A stretch of DNA of 19,016 bases, taken from Desulfurococcaceae archaeon. GTDB taxonomy: Archaea; Thermoproteota; Thermoprotei_A; Sulfolobales; Desulfurococcaceae. The notes under the pieces were generated by a model that worked only from the letters and a program-made list of their open reading frames with translations, did not search any database and was not told the origin of the DNA. Within the stretch, counting starts at the first letter, position 1. Each line of letters begins with the position of its first letter. The DNA lies in contig JAWAJB010000016.1 of the NCBI GenBank assembly GCA_038888155.1, positions 1 through 19,016 of the forward strand. The letters are read 5' to 3'. A program made the translations under genes and the position numbers. This document shows positions 15,382-19,016 of the stretch, in pieces.

Positions 15382-16824
15382 ATGGAGGATAGAAGGATGA
15401 TCCAAAATTTAGTTCAGGAGCTGGCCAAGATTGTTGGTTCAGATTTTGTGACTGATGACTACTGGGTTCGACGGAGCTACTCCATGGACTCTAGCATGTT
15501 TGAATTGCTTGATGCAAAGTCGCCAGCAATCGTCGTAAGGCCGGGAAGCATTGAAGAATTACAGGAGATAGTGCGATTGGCGAACAAAACTAAAACACCG
15601 ATCTACGTCAGAGGCGGGGGAACGGCGTGCGCTGGCACGAGAGGAACTAGAATGCATGAATCAATACTTATTGATACGACTAGAATGGATAAGATTGTTG
15701 AGATAGACGAGGAATCGCTCACTGTCACAGCGGAAGCAGGCGTAACTTGGGGAAGATTAAATGCAGAGCTGGAAAAGAAAGGGTGGAGATTAGGTGTTAA
15801 GGGACCATATTCCGGGTACGCGGCGTGCGTGGGAGGAAGTGTTGCATATAACGCGGTTGCATACGCCTCGACAAGGTACGGACTAATTGCTGAGGAGGTC
15901 ATAAGCTTGAAGGTAGTACTACCCAATGGAGACATATTGGTAACGGGAACAGCCACAAATCCTAATGCTAAAAGGTATTATCGATATGCTAATGGCCCGG
16001 ACTTAACTGGGCTATTCATAGGATCGCTGGGAACATTGGGTATAATTGCTGAGGTTACTTTGCGGATGTATCCTAAGGCTGACTACTCAGCTTATGGAGC
16101 CTACGCGTTCAAAGATTATGAAAGCGCGCATGCATGTTATTATAATTGGCTTAAACATTGGGTGGCGGAGGACGTGGCATGGTATTTTGAGGATGGAGTG
16201 AGCGTGATGACCCCTGAGCTATATGAGCAAGGATATGTTTCACTGCTTACCTACGTGGTGGAGGATGTAACAGATGATCTCGTAAATGCGAGAAAGAAAT
16301 TGCTCGACAGCATCGCGCTGAAGTATGGTGGTATACCTCAAAGCCCCGAATACGCCAGACAGGGATGGATATACAGATATGAACTATTACCTCGCTGGGC
16401 TGGGAAGATCGGCATGTGGCAGTGGACATGTCACCTGCAATCCGCTGGAGGTACGCTGAGGGCGCTAAAGACTATTCTTGGATACATAAAGTCTAGAAAG
16501 GAGGAGATGGAGAAGAAGAACGTGTATACGGCCACGGTAAGCGTTGCGGAGAGAAACTGTGGACATATTTCTACTTCAGTTTACTATGATCAAGGCAATC
16601 CAGAATCGGTGGAATTGGCCGTTGGAATGGCGAGGGAGATCGCGAGAATAGGCATGGAGTCCGGAGGTGCAACATATAAGCCTGGAGAACTGTGGTATCC
16701 ACATACGATACTGAAGAATCCCGTATATCGTGAGGCCTTAATCAGAATCAAAAAAGCCTTAGATCCAAATAATATAATGAATCCAGGAGCCCTATCTTTA
16801 CCTGATAAATGGGAGGAGGTGTGA
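15382..16824 (+). CDS. FAD-binding oxidoreductase, VAO/PCMH family (GlcD / D-lactate dehydrogenase-like) with atypical cap domain
   Basis: PAIVVRPGSIEEL, VRGGGT, AEAGVTW, VVLPNGDIL, GPDLTGLFIGSLGTLGII, IKKALDPNNIMNPG. Start is ATG 15382 or GTG 15376. Confidence 0.92.
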   Translation: MEDRRMIQNLVQELAKIVGSDFVTDDYWVRRSYSMDSSMFELLDAKSPAIVVRPGSIEELQEIVRLANKTKTPIYVRGGGTACAGTRGTRMHESILIDTTRMDKIVEIDEESLTVTAEAGVTWGRLNAELEKKGWRLGVKGPYSGYAACVGGSVAYNAVAYASTRYGLIAEEVISLKVVLPNGDILVTGTATNPNAKRYYRYANGPDLTGLFIGSLGTLGIIAEVTLRMYPKADYSAYGAYAFKDYESAHACYYNWLKHWVAEDVAWYFEDGVSVMTPELYEQGYVSLLTYVVEDVTDDLVNARKKLLDSIALKYGGIPQSPEYARQGWIYRYELLPRWAGKIGMWQWTCHLQSAGGTLRALKTILGYIKSRKEEMEKKNVYTATVSVAERNCGHISTSVYYDQGNPESVELAVGMAREIARIGMESGGATYKPGELWYPHTILKNPVYREALIRIKKALDPNNIMNPGALSLPDKWEEV

Positions 16825-16828
16825 GAAA

Positions 16829-18085
16829 ATGATTAACATTATTGAAGAAAAGGCAAAGCAAATGGTATATCGCTGTACTAGATGCGGGTACTGCAGGCTA
16901 ATGTTTCGGGCCAGAGATGAGACAGAACGTGTTTGCCCGCTCATGGATACGACCAGCGGGTTTGAACTATACACTGCAAGAGGAAGGAATTGGATTGCCA
17001 GGCAAATATTAGAAGGTAAGTTAAGTATTGAAAAAATGACGCAGGAGGCTATAAGCGCCATCTACGCTTGCTTTATCTGCGGTAGCTGCACAGAACATTG
17101 CCTTGTTCTTGATCCACGATCATGGGAGAGGTTCCCGAACAACGTATACGACGATCACTTAATCATTAACGATGAGATAACAAGATACCTTAGGAGTTTA
17201 ATAATTGATGTAGGAAGGCCACCATCTGAAGTCCGGGAGGTTCTTAGGAACTACCAGCATTTTAGTAATCCATATGGGAAGTCTAAGGAGGAACGGGGTG
17301 CGTGGGCAAAAAAGCTCGACTTTAAAGTTAAGAATATAGTGGAAGAGGGCGGTACAACTCTACTTTATACCGGGTCTATAGCGCCCTATGAGGAGCGGGC
17401 TGAAAAAGCATTGCTGGCCATAGCTAAAACGCTGAAGCTTGCAAATGTGAATTTCGGCATACTTGGCCCACAAGAAACTGATAGTGGAGCGGAGGCCTAT
17501 GACTTGGGCGAACTGGGGTTATTCGAAGATCTCGCCAAGAAAAATTTAGAAGCATTCAAGAAATACAACATTTCAAAGATAATAACTATTTCGCCGCATG
17601 ATTACAATGTTTTTAAGAGATATTATCCCATGATTCTCGGAGAAGATTGGTCTAAGCTAAATATCGAGGTTCAGCATTATACGCAAGCTATCGCTGAGGC
17701 AATTAAAGATAAAAGAATCACAATGAAGAATAAATTATCAAATATGAAAGTAACATATCATGACCCCTGTTATCTCGGGAGAAAAAATGGAATTTATGAT
17801 GATCCGCGAATGATAATTTCAGCCACTGGGGCAAATTTGATCGAGATGAAGCTATCGCGGCATAATTCCTACTGCTGCGGTGGCGGCGGTGGGGGAAAAT
17901 GGTACAGGCCTCCAGAGAGAACGCGCGCCGAGATTGAAAGAATAAAACAAGCCGCAGGAACTGGTGCAAACGCCATTCTAGTTGCATGCCCTATATGCCT
18001 TACAATGCTAGAAGATGGGGCAAGGAGCACGGGTATTGATATAAAAGTAATGGAGGTTGCCGAATTCCTTATGACTGGAGTTTAA
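16829..18085 (+). CDS. GlcF/HdrD-like Fe-S protein (dicluster, one degenerate and one intact CCG domain), partner of the FAD oxidoreductase
   Basis: CTRCGYC...VCP and CFICGSCTEHC; CCG2 HDPC...YCCGGGGG...ACPIC. Strong RBS GGAGGAGGTG; starts 4 nt after the upstream stop. Confidence 0.92.
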   Translation: MINIIEEKAKQMVYRCTRCGYCRLMFRARDETERVCPLMDTTSGFELYTARGRNWIARQILEGKLSIEKMTQEAISAIYACFICGSCTEHCLVLDPRSWERFPNNVYDDHLIINDEITRYLRSLIIDVGRPPSEVREVLRNYQHFSNPYGKSKEERGAWAKKLDFKVKNIVEEGGTTLLYTGSIAPYEERAEKALLAIAKTLKLANVNFGILGPQETDSGAEAYDLGELGLFEDLAKKNLEAFKKYNISKIITISPHDYNVFKRYYPMILGEDWSKLNIEVQHYTQAIAEAIKDKRITMKNKLSNMKVTYHDPCYLGRKNGIYDDPRMIISATGANLIEMKLSRHNSYCCGGGGGGKWYRPPERTRAEIERIKQAAGTGANAILVACPICLTMLEDGARSTGIDIKVMEVAEFLMTGV

Positions 18086-18110
18086 CGCGAATTCATCAAA
18101 CTCAAAATCC

Positions 18111-18197
18111 TATTTTATTTTGCCAGATATTTTTAATATGTTATCAAAATTTTCAAGGACAAAGTTTTAGCTTTTCAATTTAGCTCCATTTTTCTTT
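18111..18197 (+). terminator. T-rich terminator region at the end of the cluster
   Basis: Several T-tracts (TATTTTATTTT, ATTTTT, TTTTTCTTT) after the stop at 18085. Confidence 0.45.
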
Positions 18198-18254
18198 AAA
18201 CAGGATCATCAACTCGCGGCGAGAGACAGACCATTTAGGCCTTCATAATATGGC

Positions 18255-18268
18255 CGAAAAGTATTAAG
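18255..18268 (+). promoter_or_regulatory. BRE/TATA promoter for the NCS1 permease
   Basis: CGAAAAG-TATTAAG ending 29 nt before ATG 18297; no RBS. Confidence 0.6.
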
Positions 18269-18296
18269 CCATCGCGTCCCTCCTCGCTTTCTGAAG

Positions 18297-19016
18297 ATGC
18301 CGCTGAGGCTCAGGATTAGAGCTCCCCCAGAGTGGGGCGTTGAGCCCGTGCCGAAGGAGCACAGGATACTCCGGGGGATAGATTTCTTCGTGCTTTGGTC
18401 GAGCCTCGGCGTCGGCCTCCTCGTCCTAGTCGCCGGATCCATACTTGTTCCCGGGCTAGGACTCCTCGAAGCATTTCTCGTGTCCCTCGCCGGATCCATC
18501 ATCGGGAGCTTGATGCTCGCCTCCGCCGGGCTCATCGGCTCGAGATATGGCGTCCCGACGATGGTCTCGCTCAGGCCCATTCTCGGCATTAAGGGATCAT
18601 ATCTGCCAACCGCGCTCAACGTTCTCCAGCTGGTCGGCTGGACCGCCTTCGAGCTCATGATCATGAGCCAAGCAGCATCCAGCATCTTCGGCCAACTTCT
18701 AGGAGAATACACTCACGCATTCTGGGTGATAGTGTTCGCGGCCTGGTGCGCCGGCTTGGCGATAGGTGGGCCTCTCATTTTCGTGAGGAAGTGGCTTGAA
18801 AGGGTCGCGATCTGGCTCGTCTACTTCTCCGCCATCTGGATAACAGTTCAAGTCTTCTCATCGCCCCGCGTATGGGAGGTTCTCGCGCGGCCCGGCGACG
18901 GGTCTCTCCCACTGCTCCTCGCTCTGGACCTCGTCATAGCTATGCCGATCTCCTGGTGGCCTCTCATATCCGACTACAACAGGTTCTCCTCCACGGTCAA
19001 GGGAGGCTTCACCGGA
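18297..19016 (+). CDS. cytX: NCS1 (purine-cytosine permease) family transporter, CytX-like putative hydroxymethylpyrimidine transporter; 3' end runs off the window
   Basis: Manual translation is open to the window end (240 codons): MPLRLRIRAPPEWGVEPVP...FFVLWSSLGVGLLV...GSRYGVPTMVSLRPILGIKGS...NVLQLVGWTAFE...AMPISWWPLISDYNRF. Not in the ORF track. The family call is secure; the substrate is inferred. Confidence 0.85.
   Translation, partial: MPLRLRIRAPPEWGVEPVPKEHRILRGIDFFVLWSSLGVGLLVLVAGSILVPGLGLLEAFLVSLAGSIIGSLMLASAGLIGSRYGVPTMVSLRPILGIKGSYLPTALNVLQLVGWTAFELMIMSQAASSIFGQLLGEYTHAFWVIVFAAWCAGLAIGGPLIFVRKWLERVAIWLVYFSAIWITVQVFSSPRVWEVLARPGDGSLPLLLALDLVIAMPISWWPLISDYNRFSSTVKGGFTG

Larger units (their letters stand above)
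635..18205. other. Low-GC catabolic gene cluster / probable horizontally acquired island
   Basis: Hand counts of sample 60-nt lines: flanks 36/60 G+C (lines 121, 18361); inside 19/60 (lines 1441, 4801) and 25-29/60 (lines 9421, 6001, 12061), although one internal line (9721) reaches 36/60. All 13 genes are co-oriented. No integrase, tRNA or terminal repeats seen, so boundaries are approximate. Confidence 0.6.

Noticed and set aside
1769-17987. Numerous 60-127 aa minus-strand or alternate-frame ORFs inside the cluster
   Set aside because: All overlap well-supported genes and show no recognisable motifs; most have the Ser/Ile/Thr/Pro-rich composition of antisense frames.
620-18215. Target-site duplication, att sites, IS ends, tRNA or CRISPR array at or within the island
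   Set aside because: Only a trivial GGAT is shared at the two boundaries; no regularly spaced repeats, cloverleaf or recombinase ORF were seen.
18241-18296. Purine or TPP riboswitch upstream of the NCS1 permease (CATAATATGG resembles a purine-riboswitch loop)
   Set aside because: No TTTCTACC or CTGAGA core, and the segment lies upstream of the likely TATA box, so it would not be transcribed.
18209-18712. 167-aa minus-strand ORF and the 65-aa plus-strand ORF at 18395-18592
   Set aside because: Shadow and out-of-frame ORFs over the NCS1 permease starting at 18297.

Overview
Archaeal-looking window, judged from TATA/BRE promoters, leaderless starts, AGGTG-type ribosome-binding sites and a Tat/Thr-linker solute-binding protein. 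A ~17.5-kb, comparatively AT-rich, all-plus-strand catabolic cluster (~635-18205) sits between two GC-rich genes that run off the window edges and were missed by the ORF track: a PPP-family Ser/Thr protein phosphatase (minus strand, 576->1) and an NCS1/CytX-type permease (18297->end). The cluster encodes a complete CUT2 (ribose-type) ABC importer whose ATPase is displaced ~9 kb from its partners, a Zn-dependent dehydrogenase, a TIM-barrel keto-sugar isomerase/eliminase, an orphan PreA/DHODH-like FMN-FeS enzyme and a GlcD-like FAD oxidoreductase with a CCG-FeS partner. It also carries an electron-transfer operon: HdrD-like CCG protein, EtfB, EtfA and an HdrA fused to an MvhD-like domain that has lost all its cysteines. 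Several enzymes have altered catalytic or cofactor motifs. The best candidate for an undescribed system is a redox pathway for an unknown sugar, polyol or glycoside, with no kinase or hydrolase in the cluster, wired into an Etf/HdrA module. All family calls are from motif recognition by eye; no searches were run.
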